DNA of 63,204 nucleotides, filler included, from Octopus bimaculoides (GCF_001194135.2; 5 parts of 4 records of this genome joined end to end with filler, not necessarily neighbours in it); one strand, 5' to 3'; shown: positions 11,230-24,820, counted from the whole stretch's first letter. Made by a program: numbers and translations. The notes: generated from the sequence alone by a model not told the origin.

Positions 11230-12420
11230 CGTCTGCTATGATGCATTCTCTTTTTTGTGTCATGTGCAATTTCTGGTCTATTGTTTTCAAATGATTCCAT
11301 CTGTTTAGATGTTGAAGTCCCATATATACTTTGCCTACCATTTACCATTCTGTCTATTACATGATCGAACCACTGCTTCCAAATAATAACTCGAATCGTT
11401 TTTATAAATTGACCAATGCTGTTGTTTGTATTCTTTTTCTTTGCAACTTGCTGCAGTATGATCAATTTTCCCACTTTATAATTAGAGAGGCAGCAGTTAT
11501 CTGTTGAATCCGTACAGTACATATCTCTGTTCACTGAATTGGCATTTAGTGCTTGAACTTCAACAACTACTAACAAGCTCCACGTATCTCTCTTTAAATC
11601 ACCACTCCGGAGACATCCCCAAGGTTAAGCATAATTTTCCACTCTTTGCATGTCTGTGGATCTGTCTATCTAACAGCATTTCTTTAACACTATCTTTTCT
11701 TCATAAATCATCCTACTTCCGTATAAATTCTTCCCTTCAAGTTCAACTAGTTAATTCGTCCTGTTAGAGCATGTTTGCGTAATTTTTCATCTCTTATTTT
11801 GCAAATTAGTGATTACTGGTATTTGTTCTCTATAGGTGCTGATTGTGTGGACGGAGAGCAAATGTCAAAACTTCCATTTTAAGTGCAAGTCAAATGATAC
11901 TTGCCTTTAGATGGAGCGCTCCATAATTCATTTTTTTATCTTGTTTTTCTGTGTATTACATTTATTTCATTTTTCGTCAATTTCGCTATTCCAGCAATAG
12001 AACGCAAGCCGGCAGCTAAGCACGTGTTGATTCCCTTTACCAAATTTCTTCAGTTAAATTTTGACTGCAGTACCCAGTTTTAATATGTAAAAATATGTTG
12101 TTTTTACTCTTTCGTTCATTTTTTAATGCATAACATCACCGAAGTTCAATATGCCTAGAGATTTGTATTCATTGGCACCAAGTTCTAGAATCTGTCCTCC
12201 CGTATGTTTACATCATAAAAACTAGATCTCTTCCATCTTTTTATAGTTAAAGTTGCAAATTTTGATGTACCAAACTCTATCTCAAATATCTCTATAACAT
12301 ATCACGGTTTAAACAAATTACATCGATCTCTTCTGCTGACTTAGAGAAAGTCATTAAATCATCAACGAAGAATAGTTAGTTTATCGATTAGTTTCTCCCT
12401 AGTTAGGATAGCTGTAATGG
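11230..12420 (-). mobile_element. degenerate non-LTR retrotransposon with restriction-like endonuclease (R4/Dong-like)
   Basis: Minus strand has an RT-like VDDLMTFSKS near 12350 and a C-terminal NRPEIAHDTKKR resembling the NRPDI..D RLE motif. Many stops. Confidence 0.5.
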
Positions 12421-12560
12421 TGGTGATGATGAATGCTGCGATGGTGATGGAGAATTTGATGACGATGGCAATAGCAGTGAGGGGATGGTGATGGTGATGG
12501 TGATGATGATGATGATGATAGTGATGATGGTGATGATGGTGATGATGATGGTGATGGTGA
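12420..12560. repeat. (GAT)n/(GGT)n microsatellite
   Basis: Directly visible. Confidence 0.9.
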
Positions 12561-13289
12561 AAATGTCGGTAAACAGAGAATGTTTATTATAAGTGGTTAT
12601 ATGATTCTATAGTCGAGCACCATTCCAACTGAAAACTGATATTGTTATTTTGTGTATATAATACTGAGATCAAAAGCCTCCTAAGGCATTATTATAATCA
12701 GTACTGGGAACACGACAAAAGAACTTGTAGCTACAAAAAAAAAAATATCCCTCAACAAACGTCATAGAATCTTTCAAATGGGATCAGACGAATTTATGGC
12801 CTGGATCTCTGAGAATCATGTCGCATAGCAACGTAGATGGGTTGGTTACTGCTATCAGGGTGTATTCGCAACAGTAATAGATTTTCCACCATCATTATTC
12901 TCGAAAAAAGATTTGGTTTGATATCAAAATTTAAAATGGGCACAATTGACAGTTATTTGAATATCGAGTTTAATTTTATCATTAACCAATGAATTACTAA
13001 TTAGCTCAATCCACCTGAATCGACATTGATATTTATGTAGCTTACAAATCACTTCAATTAAAAGACGTTGGCTGTGTCGCTATAATTACTACCTTAGCCG
13101 CAAGTGTTTCTTTTAACTCTGATCCTCCTCCGCCACTGGACGAAGAATATTGTTTGCTATTTGTAATACGTAAATCACAACATGACTAGAAACCCGCATC
13201 TTTTCTTGGACTAATGGTTTTTTTTTTCTGTTTTGGTTGTTCGAATAATTGTATAATAGATATATTTCTGGGAATTGTTAACATTATAG

Positions 13290-13520
13290 CCCGTCGTATA
13301 TATGTATATATATGTGTGTGTGTGTATGTGTATAGGTTTGTGTGTCTGTGCTTGTCCCCCCACCAACATCACTTGACAACCGATGCTGGTGCGTTTATGT
13401 CCCCGTAACTTAGCGATTCGGCAAAAGAGACCGATAGAATAAGTACTTGGCTTCCAAAGAATAAGTCCTGGGGTCGATTTGCTCGACTAAAGGCGGTGCT
13501 CCAGCATGGCCGCGTAAAAG
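13290..13520 (+). mobile_element. SINE family B, 3' part
   Basis: cccgtcgtatatatg...cacttgacaaccgatgctggtg...ggcaaaagagaccgatagaataagtac...gctccagcatggccgc. Confidence 0.85.
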
Positions 13521-16231
13521 AGTAACCACCAGGGTTCTTCTTCTCATTGGGATAACCAAGTATTTGTAAAAGTAAACAGTATCTGGCTGTCAGTATCTAT
13601 TCAATGTCATTCTTGACACTTCGTTTCAGAAACACTCGCTAACTATTTCTTACCAGACGTAAAAATCGTGTCATCATCAAACCACGGTTATAATATATTA
13701 GCATTTAAAATATGAGAAGTATTAATAGGCCTCTTCTGAGATGTGTTTAAGTATGCAACTTAAGCGTTACCATTTTGGAAAATGACACGAAAACGATTCA
13801 TATGTTATCATAGTTATTTACAATTTCAAAGTGATCTTTTTTTATTTACAGGAAGTATTGTTGATTTCACCCAGATTTTCACCCAATAATATTCTATTTT
13901 CATAAAGTAGTATTTTCAGTTTATATCATTCCCAGCAAAATTGCTGTGAAGTTGACCAGAAAGGATAATAGCAGAAACTCTTGAGTGTTGCAGGTTGAGT
14001 AAGAAAATATCTAGTTTTAGAATTATGTGTAATAGTACGTAGGTTATCACACGAAACAAACCAATTGACCGTTATCTTTTATGATTTATTTCTCAGAAAA
14101 TTTAACATCCAATCTCCCAGTTTTCCATAGTATTCCTAGGTTTGTATGTAAAATAAACGTGCGTGTACGTATGTATTTGCTTGCATATATAAATCACTTA
14201 TTATACGTTTGATCTTTCATATTCTATCCACAGAGGCAACTTATATGCATGCATCTACGAAATAATACGTGTCTATATGTGTCTTATGAGAGGTAATGTG
14301 TAATATCTCTGTGAATGAACGTACTTTTACGTGTGTGCGCGTGCGTGTATGTGTGTGTGTGTGTGTGTATGTGTGTGTGTGCGTATGTGTGTGTAAGGGA
14401 AACGATTTGTTATGTATATAATTCTGTATACATCTATAACTATAAACACACACACATACTTGTATATTATTTTAACTGTTTTTGTCAGATTAAATGTCAG
14501 AATCAAATGCGCACCACGAAAAAGACTTTAACACCTAGAGAGAGGCTTTACTTTACACAGTCAGGCGTTTCTTACAGTGACTGGCCAACAAAATCTGTTT
14601 ATGCTCACAGAAATGGAAAACTTCGCCGACGAAAACATTCACGCAAATCAAAATATTTGATTCTCTCACTGAGCTTCTATCTTACGCACCACCTCTGTCT
14701 TAGCTTTTTTTATATTTTTTATTTTTATTTCTTGATTATCTCTGTTACTATTTTTTTTTCTTCTCATTTTTTTTTTTTCCTTCACATAAATCCAAAAGAC
14801 ACAAATAAACACATTCTGTATAGGCGTAAAGTCTGTATATCACGAAGATCAGATATGTTCAACGTCACAGTTCTGGAATACTGTATAAATATTGTGGAAT
14901 TCTACGAACGGACAAGATGCTTTTGATAAAATCGTTTTGATCCATGCATGCATGGAGTTAAAACCCACAGAACAGAAGCACAATGTATTTTTGGTTCTGG
15001 ACAGAAAATACTGTTGAAAGACTGGAGGAGTAGGTTGGGAGGCACGGGAGTAAAGCAAGATGAGATGAAATAAGAAGACTAGAGCAGAGCGGGTGGGCTT
15101 TGCCCAAGCGTAAAGAACATGGAAGTGTATGAGAAAAGGAAATGGAACATAGATGAAGGGGAATAACAAAAAGTAATACAAACAGGATCTGACAGGCATT
15201 GCTGATAAGTTGCACCAGATACAGAAAGCTATAGTGTTAAAATGAATTTCATCAGCCAGATATGCAGATCTTAAGTACTTAGAGCGTGATATTCTATACC
15301 ACTATTTACCGACCAGTGTACTGCTTGTCTCATAATGACACATCGTCAGCAATATTTATCTCATCTGATGTCAATGATGCATACGGCAATGGGTTCAGAA
15401 ATGGCTAACACTTTAGAGTGTCAAACAGTTTCAAAATGGCCGATTCAAGCTGGTGTCATAGCGATTCAAAATGGCAGCTGTTACAGGTCAGTGTAGCGAA
15501 TCATTGTGTTCATGTTATAATGTGGATTATATAGCAAGTAGCTGGATAACTGAGTGAATTAATGTTATTAAAGCTATTTGGTTTGTTCTTTCGTTTGTGA
15601 GAATTTCTAATCCGTTTATTTTCGTGCATTTTTCACTTTCCTTTTTCTTTAAGCATTATTCTTTTATTCCGACTTCATTGTCTTTTTTGGGATGCTTTTT
15701 AGATTTTTTTTTTAAAGAAATATTTACTCAAGCATAAGGTATTTGCAGCCTCATATTAATTTGTTGGGTTTTCTTTTTCAGTTTTCAGTGACTCCCTAAT
15801 GCAAATTAGATTTTAATTGCCATAGAAGCATGATTATTTTCAAATTGCAAGTTTCAAATTACACCGTTTAATTATGTTTTAAATAATATTTTGCCTGAAA
15901 ATATTATTATTGCATGTATCCATACATTGTAGTAAAATGCAAAAGATACTAAAATAGCAACTCAAGGGTTACAAACTCAAAAAGGCTATTTGGTTTAACT
16001 TTTAAACAGAACTTTTTATACTGCATGTCTTAGTTGGGAAGAGTTACCAGATCTTCAAAAATTACTTTAGACATATAATAGCTCCAGTTATAAAAACATA
16101 TATCTCTCAACTGCTTGTCACAACTACAATCCAAATGATACTACAGATTTTATTAGTCTCATATGGCTGGAGGTGATATTTATTTATAAATTTGTATAGT
16201 TTATAGAACGATATCACATTTAATCGTATTA

Positions 16232-16624
16232 TTAATAATCTTTTCTGCAAAGGGCACAAGGTCTGGAATTAGAGGTAAGAGGGTAGTCGATTACATCGAC
16301 CTCAGTACTCAACTGGTACTTATTTTAACGACCCCGAAAGGATGAAAGGCAAAGTCGACCTCGGCGGAATTTGAACTCAAAACATAAAGACAGACTAAAT
16401 ACCGCTAAGCATTTCGCCCGGCGTGCTAACGATTCTGCCAGCTCGCAGCCTTAATCATATCAGTAGCCCTTTCTAGTATTGGCAAAAGGCCTGAAATTTG
16501 TAGGGAGGGGACAAGTTGATTAGATCGACTCCCGTAGTCAACTGGTACTTAATTGATCGACCCCGAATGGACGCAAGGCAAAGTCGACCTCCACGAAATT
16601 TGAACTCAGAACATGAAGACAGAC
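16232..16624 (-). mobile_element. two tandem SINE family A copies
   Basis: Cores at 16232-16452 and 16466-16624; the second is truncated by a gap. Confidence 0.85.
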
Positions 16625-16733
16625 NNNNNNNNNNGGTTTAGTTCCTGTTTTTAAGGCAGGAACTCCTTGAAATTTTTGGGTATTTGAGTATATTTAAGAA
16701 TTTAAGGATTGGAGAAAACGCATGTTATAATTG

Positions 16734-16832
16734 CATACTTTATTCCTACATATGTTTCAAAGGATTACAACCTGTGTGATCCATAGGGATCTTTGATATT
16801 AAAATTGTAACCTTCTCATCAGGGAAAGCATG
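16734..16832 (-). ncRNA. type I hammerhead ribozyme with intact core
   Basis: Minus strand catgctttcc-CTGATGA-gaaggttacaa[..]ttgtaa-t-ccttt-GAAA-catatg-TA-ggaataaagtatg. Canonical CUGAUGA and GAAA, palindromic stem III ACATATGT, GUA site (cut between 16747 and 16746), stem I extended across a bulge. Confidence 0.85.
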
Positions 16833-17159
16833 GGAATCATCTTAAACGTAAGACATTATGACCGATTATGAAAACAATAGATGGATAAGGTTATGACTTG
16901 ATTCATTTGAAAAAAACCGTTAAAGAATTGGACGCTGCCGGATAGTGTGTGTATCAGTATGCATGTATATGTGTGTGTTTGTGTATGTGTATCAATGTAT
17001 GCATGTACGCTCTCACACATTGATTGGTATGTGTTGTCCAACCCACTATCCGGCAGCGTCCAATTCTTTAACGGTTTGTTTTCAAATGAATCAAGTCATA
17101 ACCTTATCCATCTATTGTTTTCATAATCGGTCATAATGTATTACGTTTAAGATGATTCC

Positions 17160-17258
17160 CATGCTTTCCCTGATGAGAATGTTACAATTTTAATATCAAA
17201 GATCCCTATGAATCACACAGGTTGTAATCCTTTGAAACACATGTAGGAATAAAGTATG
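17160..17258 (+). ncRNA. type I hammerhead ribozyme, mirror copy with intact core
   Basis: ttcc-CTGATGA(17170-76)-gaatgttacaa..ttgtaatccttt-GAAA(17234-37)-cacatg-TA-ggaa. One mismatch each in stems II and III. Confidence 0.8.
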
Positions 17259-17293
17259 CAATTATAACATGCGTTTTCTCCAATCCTTAAATT

Positions 17294-17365
<72 letters not shown>

Positions 17366-17849
17366 CATTTGCCAAATAAACACACGCACTATATATTCGT
17401 TCTTCACTCGTTTAATATTGTTCTTATGTATTCTCATGTACATTGTTTGGAAACCTTTTGTCACACATTTGTAACCTCTTTAGTGACCCTTTTCATCTGC
17501 GTGTATCCTCATGTTCCCCCTAGTTGACTGCCGAAATATAATAGTATCTGTATCAACACACAATTTCCCACTAGGAATCTTGGAAAACAAATTCATAAAA
17601 GTATATATATAAATAGAAATATCACATTTCTAAATCTCTCAGAGAGAATTATGCAATAAAAAGCTCGATAAAGTTATGGCTTGTTGCCAAATTAATGTGA
17701 CAGTTCCAGGAAAGGGAATAATGTTACTGTTATTTTGCAACAAGAAACACAGTTTCTAGTTGGCTACGCGACACAAGCGTTCTGTGTCCTTAAGTTTTCA
17801 AACTGGGGAGATAAACACCTCCTTCTTCCTCATTTTTCTCCCTTGTACC

Positions 17850-17975
17850 TTTCTCTCCCTCTCTTTCTCTCTCTGGCTCTCTCTGGCTCTCTCTCTCTCT
17901 CTGGCTCTCTCTCTCTCTCTGACTCTCTCTCTCTGGCTCTCTCTCTCTCTCTGGCTCTCTCTCTCTCTCTCTCTT
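17850..17975. repeat. (CT)n microsatellite with periodic ctctgg interruptions
   Basis: Directly visible. Confidence 0.9.
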
Positions 17976-19939
17976 CCCCTCTCTCATTCTTTTGCCCCTC
18001 TGATTTCTTTTCTCTTCTCTCCCACTCCTTAGTTCCTCTTTCCTCCCCTCCTTCTTATTCTTTAATTCTTCTGCCCTCTATAACTCTTTCTCTCTCCTAC
18101 CACGTGACCGCTGTCCGGCTAAGGCACTGTTGTCCTTTTTCGACCCACTGCCATCCAGACCGTTGCGTCCATCCGTTCTCTTGCTCGTATTCGACACGCC
18201 CACTGAAAACGCACGTCACACCCCCATCAGTTCAATAAACAGGAACCTTGAAAGCATCTTCCAATTAAATTATGGCAATCTTATCGCTTTCTTATCGCAG
18301 AAACTCAACTCAAGTTACGAAAATATCATCGTACCGCACATCATGAGCAGTACACAACAGAATACTCAGAATATCTACTCGCAATCACTGAGGATATTCC
18401 CTGACGAAACCTCTCTTTAGCGTAACTAGGATCGCTTCCCAACGACTAGTCCATCTCGACTGAGCCAAAAGATGCTTCTGCCACATCAATTTTTGAAATT
18501 CTACCACACTCAGGTGAGGCCAACAAGAGATATTCCAAATATTCCGTTAACATTTAGTACATCACTATATTTACGCTCACTGACAACCTTGACAGTGTCA
18601 AGAAAAGGCCCTCAATTAGTATAAAAGCATCATAGCCATACTGTTTCCGCTCTTTAGCTTCTCTGCCGTTGCTATAATGGTTTCGGCTATAAAGGTCCAC
18701 GGAATTGGCTGAGCTCGTACCACCTCTGCTCATGGATTTTCTATCCAATGGTCTCTCTAATCACCACCATTTTTGTGTCCACAACTCCAGTCTCTACATC
18801 AGTTCCTACTCTGAAATCTTTCCTCACCAGAAGTCATGGTCCTTGGTATTCTCTCTTTGTTCACGTCCTTTCCGCAACAGTCGACTTGTAATAGTTCAAG
18901 AGGAATATTACCGCCATCGATCTCTCCGGTCTTGGATAGCATGTGAAGCCCATGAGCCTGCGAACCTAACAAGTAAAATAAGAAAAAATATGGAATCGAG
19001 AACTATTGCGTGTTCACAACAAATGAGAAAACTGTTGAGATATATCTTACATAAATGAACCAACTATGTTTTGGCGGAAAAAAGAAAAAAAACTGCTGGA
19101 GGAATTCATTCATGTGCAACAGAGAACCTATATGATGTTGAGAGAATTAATAAATACATATTCAGAGAGTCATATTCGCATATATTTAACCTCACTGATA
19201 GAGATAAGGCCTCATAATAATAGTAAGTAATATTTTTCATCAGTTTAAAAGTGTGGACCAATTGAATTGTGATACCATCCTTAGAGTTTATCAAGAATCG
19301 CACGTTGTTCAGATCCTGTTGACTAAAGGTTTCTATTGAGGAGCTACATATTAAAATGTAGACAAGATTATATAAAGTAAAGTTATGTATATAATTGTCC
19401 AAGGCACCCCAAAGCCTTGCAACGTAAAGAATCGGGCATCAAAATTGGCATGCCGCGCTTTTTCTTATAGCTAGTTCAAGGGAACCTGAGAATATTTGTG
19501 ATTGATGGAGGTAGAGAAAATTAAACTGAAGCAAGCAAAATCAACTGACACGCCACTGGATGAAACTGGTTGTTGATGAAATTTGATTCATTTGGTTCCA
19601 CTTTTCTGCGATGTTGCTTCCACAGAAAGAGGAAATCAGAATACAGTGACCAAACGTCACGATGTCTTACAGTCATTGAACCAACGATGTAGTCTCCATG
19701 TAATTACTCGATCTTCTAAAAAAGAAAAAAAAAGCAGCCGGATCCTTTTCATAATACATCATACTCTTTTACTCTTTTACTTGTTTCAGTCATTTGACTG
19801 CGGCCATGCTGGAGCACCACCATATTTTTTTTTTTTTTTAAATAACAAAATACATATTGGTTAATGTAGCTCTGAGCACACTATCGCTGGCAATAATATG
19901 GATTCGTGAATGGTTTGAAAATCTTCTATCATAGTTCTT

Positions 19940-20368
19940 ATTTCTTTATTGCCCACAAGGGGTTAAACATAGAGGGGACAAACAGGGACAGACAAAGGGA
20001 TTAAGTCGATTACATCGACCCCAGTGCGTAACTGGTACTTATTTAATCGACCCCGAAAAGATGAAAGGCAAAGTCGACCTCGGCGGAATTTGAACTCAGA
20101 ACGTAACAGCAGACGAAATACCGCTTAGCATTTCGCCCGGCGTGCTAACGTTTCTGCCAGTTCGCCGCCGGGCGAAATGCTTAGCGGTATTTCGTCTGCC
20201 GCTACGTTCTGAGTTCAAATTCCGCCGAGGTCGACTTTGCCTTTCATCCTTTCGGGGTCGATTAAATAAGTACCAGTTACGCACTGGGGTCGATATAATC
20301 GACTTAATCTGTTTGTCTGTCCTTGTTTGTCCCCTCTGTGTATAACGCCTTGTGGGCAGTAAAGAAAT
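19940..20368. mobile_element. head-to-head pair of SINE family A copies forming an approximately 430-bp inverted repeat
   Basis: Minus copy 19940-20169 and plus copy 20166-20368 overlap at CGCC. Confidence 0.9.
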
Positions 20369-20639
20369 AGGTATTTCGTCTGATATGATAGAGCAGAACT
20401 TTTATCATAGTTCTGCTCCATCAGAGCTGACTTGGAGCTAAATAACGACAGCAACAACGACGATGACAACAAAAACAACAAACAACAAAAAAACACAAAA
20501 ACCACAAACAACAAAAGCCACAACCACAAACAACAGCATAAACCACAAACAACAAACAACAAATAAAACAACAACAACAACAGCGACAGATAACTTTACT
20601 CAAAAACAAGTAGTTCATGAACTTTTTAATACAGTATGT

Positions 20640-21830
20640 TAAATTTTTCACTAGAAATATTGAGATACAATTTGGTATTGCTAATGGAGCTGTGATTGTA
20701 ACAATGAAAGAGAATGAATAAAGTTTGAGAGAACTGCCATTAAAATTAATGAGGGATGTGAAAGTGCGGTATATAAATATTTGGATGTCTAACAAGATGT
20801 CAAATTGAAATAGACAGAAATGAAAGATAAAGCCTGAGAAAACTATGAGGAGAGAATCACGAAGATCTTGGATACAAAACTAAATTGGAAGTATATCGTT
20901 AAAGGTATCATCACAAAGCTAGCATCAATATTGATATTTTCTACTGCATCTCTTCTATAGATAAAGCTGGATGAAATAGATGCGCAAGAAAACTATAAAG
21001 AAAGTTCAATAGCTTGCAACCATGAAGCATTGTTGGTAGATTGTGTATCCCAAAACAAGCTGAATGTATTGGATTACTCAACCTAAAAGGCACAGTACAC
21101 TTGAAAGATATTAAACTACAAATATATGTTAGGAAAAAGTAAAGAAAAACTGACATGTGCAGCCAGGAAGATAATTGAATACATAGAACAGAAAAGGATT
21201 GCAAGCAATTAATAAAGGAAATGAATAGCTGAACAGAACAAGTCTAACGTTTTTTGTTAGTTTATCGAGTAGACGGGAGATAGAACAAGACTAGTAGGCT
21301 TAGTTAAAAGATAGAGGACTGCAAAAAGGAAACAGATATACTGATCATGGATGGAGCAGAATAAGTTATTAGAACATGCCTAGCAAAAGTAAAATTAGAC
21401 GGAAGATAGCAAAATAGTAATTTGCAGTTGGGCGGTGAAGTAGACTACGCCATCGAGCATATACTTAAGGAATGGAGAAACCTGACAGAAAACAAAGATA
21501 AAAGATAGTGAATAGAGAGATTGTGGCGTTGGTATGAAATCTGGACTCAAACTAAAATAAATATCGCGCACTATTGCTAGCCAAACGCTATTATTGAAAA
21601 TTATTGTTGCAAGCTAACGCGTGGTTTTTCTGAACAAACTGTCCGTGTAATAGAAGCGTAGAGATCAGATATGTAGATAACAGATAAAAATAAAATATGC
21701 ATGATGGTAGATATTGCAGCAATACGTAAATGCAGAGTCGAGGAGAAATAAACAGAAAAACTGTAACAGCTATAGGACTGAAATCGAATGTGAGGCAATG
21801 GTGGATGCAGAAAACAGAAACCATCCTGAT
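20640..21830 (+). mobile_element. degenerate R4/Dong-like RLE LINE, 3' part
   Basis: Fragments ..KILDTKLNW.., ..LQP*SIVGRLCIP (HPKADVDRLY-like) and CMMVDIAAIRKCRVEEK (RLE D..IP region). Many stops. Confidence 0.55.
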
Positions 21831-21929
21831 TATATTACGTATTTCTTCTGTGAGTGTTAAAAGGAAAGCAACACTATAGCCAGAATAGTAGAACTTACAT
21901 ACAAAACATTAAAAGAAAAAAGAAAAACA

Positions 21930-22230
21930 AACTGGCATTCCGTCGCTTACGACGACGAATGTTCCAGTTGATCCGATCAACAGAACAGCCTGCTCGTGGA
22001 ATTAGTATGCATGTGGCTGAGTACTCCACAGACATGCGTACCTTTAATGTAGTTCTCAGGGAGAGTCAGTATGACACAGGCTGGCCCTTTGAAAGACTCA
22101 TTTTTACCACTTGAGTGGACAGAAGCAACGAGAAATAAATTATCTTGCTTAAGGACAAAACGCGTCACCGGGAATTGAACTCGCGAATTTATGATCGTGG
22201 GCCGAATACCCTAACCACTAAGCCATGCGA
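21930..22230 (-). mobile_element. SINE family C-related copy
   Basis: ggcattccgtcgcttacgacgacga...gttccagttgatccgatcaacagaacagcc is the reverse complement of the tail at 48660-48720; tRNA-like head at 22170-22230. Confidence 0.8.
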
Positions 22231-22444
22231 ACGAGACTACTGCTGTGTGATCGATCTATTTATTTGCTGCTAAAAATAGAAGCTGAAGTCACTCAAATTA
22301 CATTCTACTGTATCGGTAGATAGTACGTTCGATAACATGGTCAGCTGCTGCCTGCGCAAAGGGAGAAGGACATAGACGCGACGGGAATGGTTTCGTTCAC
22401 AGGTCTGCCTTCATCAGGACTGACCTGGGGGTTAAACCATAAAA

Positions 22445-22452
22445 CAACAACA

Positions 22453-22502
<50 letters not shown>

Positions 22503-22525
22503 GTCTACCACGACTACTGCTACTA
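22445..22525. repeat. (CAA)n/(CTA)n microsatellite
   Basis: Directly visible. Confidence 0.9.
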
Positions 22526-22768
22526 CACTTACTGCCCCGAAGAGATGAAAGGCAAAATTGACTGCTCCGATTTCTCCGGCGAGATTTAAACTCAGAATGT
22601 AAACACTCGGAACTGCCCTTGTTTACTCATTAATAATTCCTTCTCCTATTCCCCCATCCTTGCACTTGTCAAACGACCTGTTAGAAATATCAACCAAATT
22701 TTCTTTATATCATACTTTGCTGTCTCCAAAAGAGAACTTAAATGAGATAATGTAGAACCTAGGAAACC

Positions 22769-22802
<34 letters not shown>

Positions 22803-22947
22803 GAAAAGAAGAGACATCGTAGTAGACTGAATTTGATCTTAATTCTACTTTAAAACAGAATTATTATAGAGCTAAGCAACAGCAACAGCAACAACAATAA
22901 CATGGAAATTATAGTTCGGAATAGCTTGCCATTACAGAAAATTGTAA

Positions 22948-23183
22948 GGTGGCGAGCTGGCAGAAACGTTAGCACACCGGGCGAAATGCTTAGCGGTATT
23001 TCGTCTGCCGTTACGCTCTGAATTCAAATCCCGCCGAGGTTGACTTTGCCTTTCATCCTTTCGGGGTCGATAAATTAAGTACCAGTTACGCACTGGGGTT
23101 GATGTAATCGACTTAATCCCTTTGTCTGTCCTTGTCTGTCCCTTCTGTGTTTAGCCCCTTGTGGACAATAAAGAAATAAGAAA
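22948..23183 (+). mobile_element. SINE family A, full-length copy
   Basis: ggtggcgagctggcagaaacgttagc...ctgaattcaaatcccgccgagg...gcccctt gtggacaataaagaaat. Confidence 0.9.
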
Positions 23184-23387
23184 ATTTTAGGTGCATGAGC
23201 CAAGAAAAGAATCGCTTCGCGTTTGCCTGATCAGCTTAAGATCGCAGTTAGTTCTCCTTCAGATCATATCCGAACATACATATATAATATGAATGATGTG
23301 GTCGCAACTGGAACGCCTTTGATCAAAGGGTTGCTCGATCGGAACTCGTTGGAGAATAACAACTACATCAAAGTAGGAAAAAATGCG

Positions 23388-23590
23388 GTGAGGTGACAGA
23401 ATCGTTAGCACGCGGGACAAAATGTTTAGCACTTTTCTTCTGAGTTTAAATTCCGCCGTGGTTCACTTTCTCTTTCATCCTTTCAGGGTCGATAAAATAA
23501 GTACCAGTTGAACACTGGGGTTGATGCAATCGACTAAACCCTCTCGCCAAATTTCAGGCTTTGTACCTATAGCAGAAAGGGTTAAGAATA
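23388..23590 (+). mobile_element. SINE family A, diverged copy
   Basis: ggtgaggtgacagaatcgttagcac...ttcatcctttcagggtcgataaaataagtaccag. Confidence 0.75.
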
Positions 23591-24820
23591 AGAAAAGACA
23601 CCTTGGAGTGAGAGAGAAGTGGATAGATTGGGAGAAGGACACATTGAATAATCGAGTTCTATAGACAGGCGAAATGGAACTCATAGGTATGAAAGGCGAG
23701 ATGGAACTCATAGGTATGCTGGAGCGGAAATCATCTGAGGAGAACAAAATCTGTAAGAACAGGACGGATATTTTGGACCAAGATGGAGGTGGCTGGAGTG
23801 AGAGAAAACGAAGTAAGGTGTGTATAAGTTGGGTAGATTGTATGTTGGTGAAGTGTGCTGTGTCTGTGCATGCTGTATCAACAAATAAAGCATAAAAAAT
23901 ACCACCAGTCTATGAGAAACGTTCAATTGGAATGTGAATAAATATAAATCTTGTATAATTTATATAATTATATTTGTTTAGATTAGCAGTAAATTCCAAT
24001 TTGATATGAAAACAATCCTAGTTCTGTGGGGGAAAATATGTAATCATTCTTATTCTTTTTAAATAGGAAAACCTTAATATCGCAAAATACCTATTGGAAC
24101 CAATTAGTTTTATACACGAAACAGTGATTTATTAGAAAGGCCATGCTTTTATTGATTTATTAACGATATTTTTTTCTTTAAGTCATGTTAAGTTTTTGGT
24201 GTTTTATTTTTTTTCTTCTCTTTTTTATTTAATGCCGGGTATTTTAGTCGATGCCATATTTTATTCTGATATCAAAATCAGTGTGCAAATGTCATACGAC
24301 ATATCAACTTATTAAAAGACATCACGAGTTGATGAGATTCAGCAAAAGAATCTAAATGGTGATGTGAAGATCGACATTTAAAGCTTGAATAAAATATTTT
24401 TCTATTTTAATTCATTTCAGACCATTAAATTTACAGTTGAGTGCTTAGGAAGTAAAAAGTGTGATTCTAGATTTAATATATGCATATGTTTATCACTAGA
24501 TAAGTCTACTTTAATTTATATGTAAATATATCTCCATTATTAAGAGGAAAAGAAATTGACCGAAAGGTAGAGACATAGATTAGAAGCCTTCCAGTATTTA
24601 GTCTTGTCCACCTACATTTTTGGCTTCAGATCACGTTCAGAACCTTCTTTGTTTTTCATCTCTCTGAGTTCTATCAATTAAGATACTAACACTGAAGCTT
24701 TCATCTTGATGAAAATCAATGAACATACGGATAATATTTTATATATTTCCATTCAATAACGTAGGTAAATACACGAGTCGAAAACGTGCGAATTAAATAG
24801 AAATGAGTAAAGACTCCGTC

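Larger units (their letters stand above)
16691..17301. mobile_element. 610-bp palindromic element, each arm carrying an outward-facing hammerhead ribozyme
   Basis: Arms 16691-16947 and 17044-17301 (about 257 bp each) are near-perfect reverse complements around a 96-nt spacer. A long (TA)n follows at 17297-17361. Confidence 0.9.

Noticed and set aside
13835-13910. Splice-acceptor-like sites at about 13850, 24420, 25408 and 45480
   Set aside because: No convincing paired donor or recognisable reading frame; such motifs are expected by chance in AT-rich DNA.
14848-15020. Peptide NSTNGQDAFDKIV, reminiscent of piggyBac YN.TKGGVD..DKM
   Set aside because: The similarity is too short and there is no TTAA or TIR support.
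18560-19060. 117-aa ORF 18705-19058 and neighbouring ORFs
   Set aside because: No domain signature. The minus strand looks like a decayed LINE 3' end (ERIPRTMTSGE), so it is not supported as a gene.
22380-22435. Minus-strand CTGATGA...GAAA (cagtcCTGATGAaggcagacctgtgaacGAAAccattcccgtc)
   Set aside because: Stem II does not close next to the core and stem I does not pair. It resembles a variant of a repeat tail also seen near 23330 and 55445.
23560-23950. 73-aa ORF with a 27-bp tandem duplication and a ..DQDGGGW.. segment
   Set aside because: Probably a decayed LINE endonuclease fragment; too degenerate to call and not a host gene.
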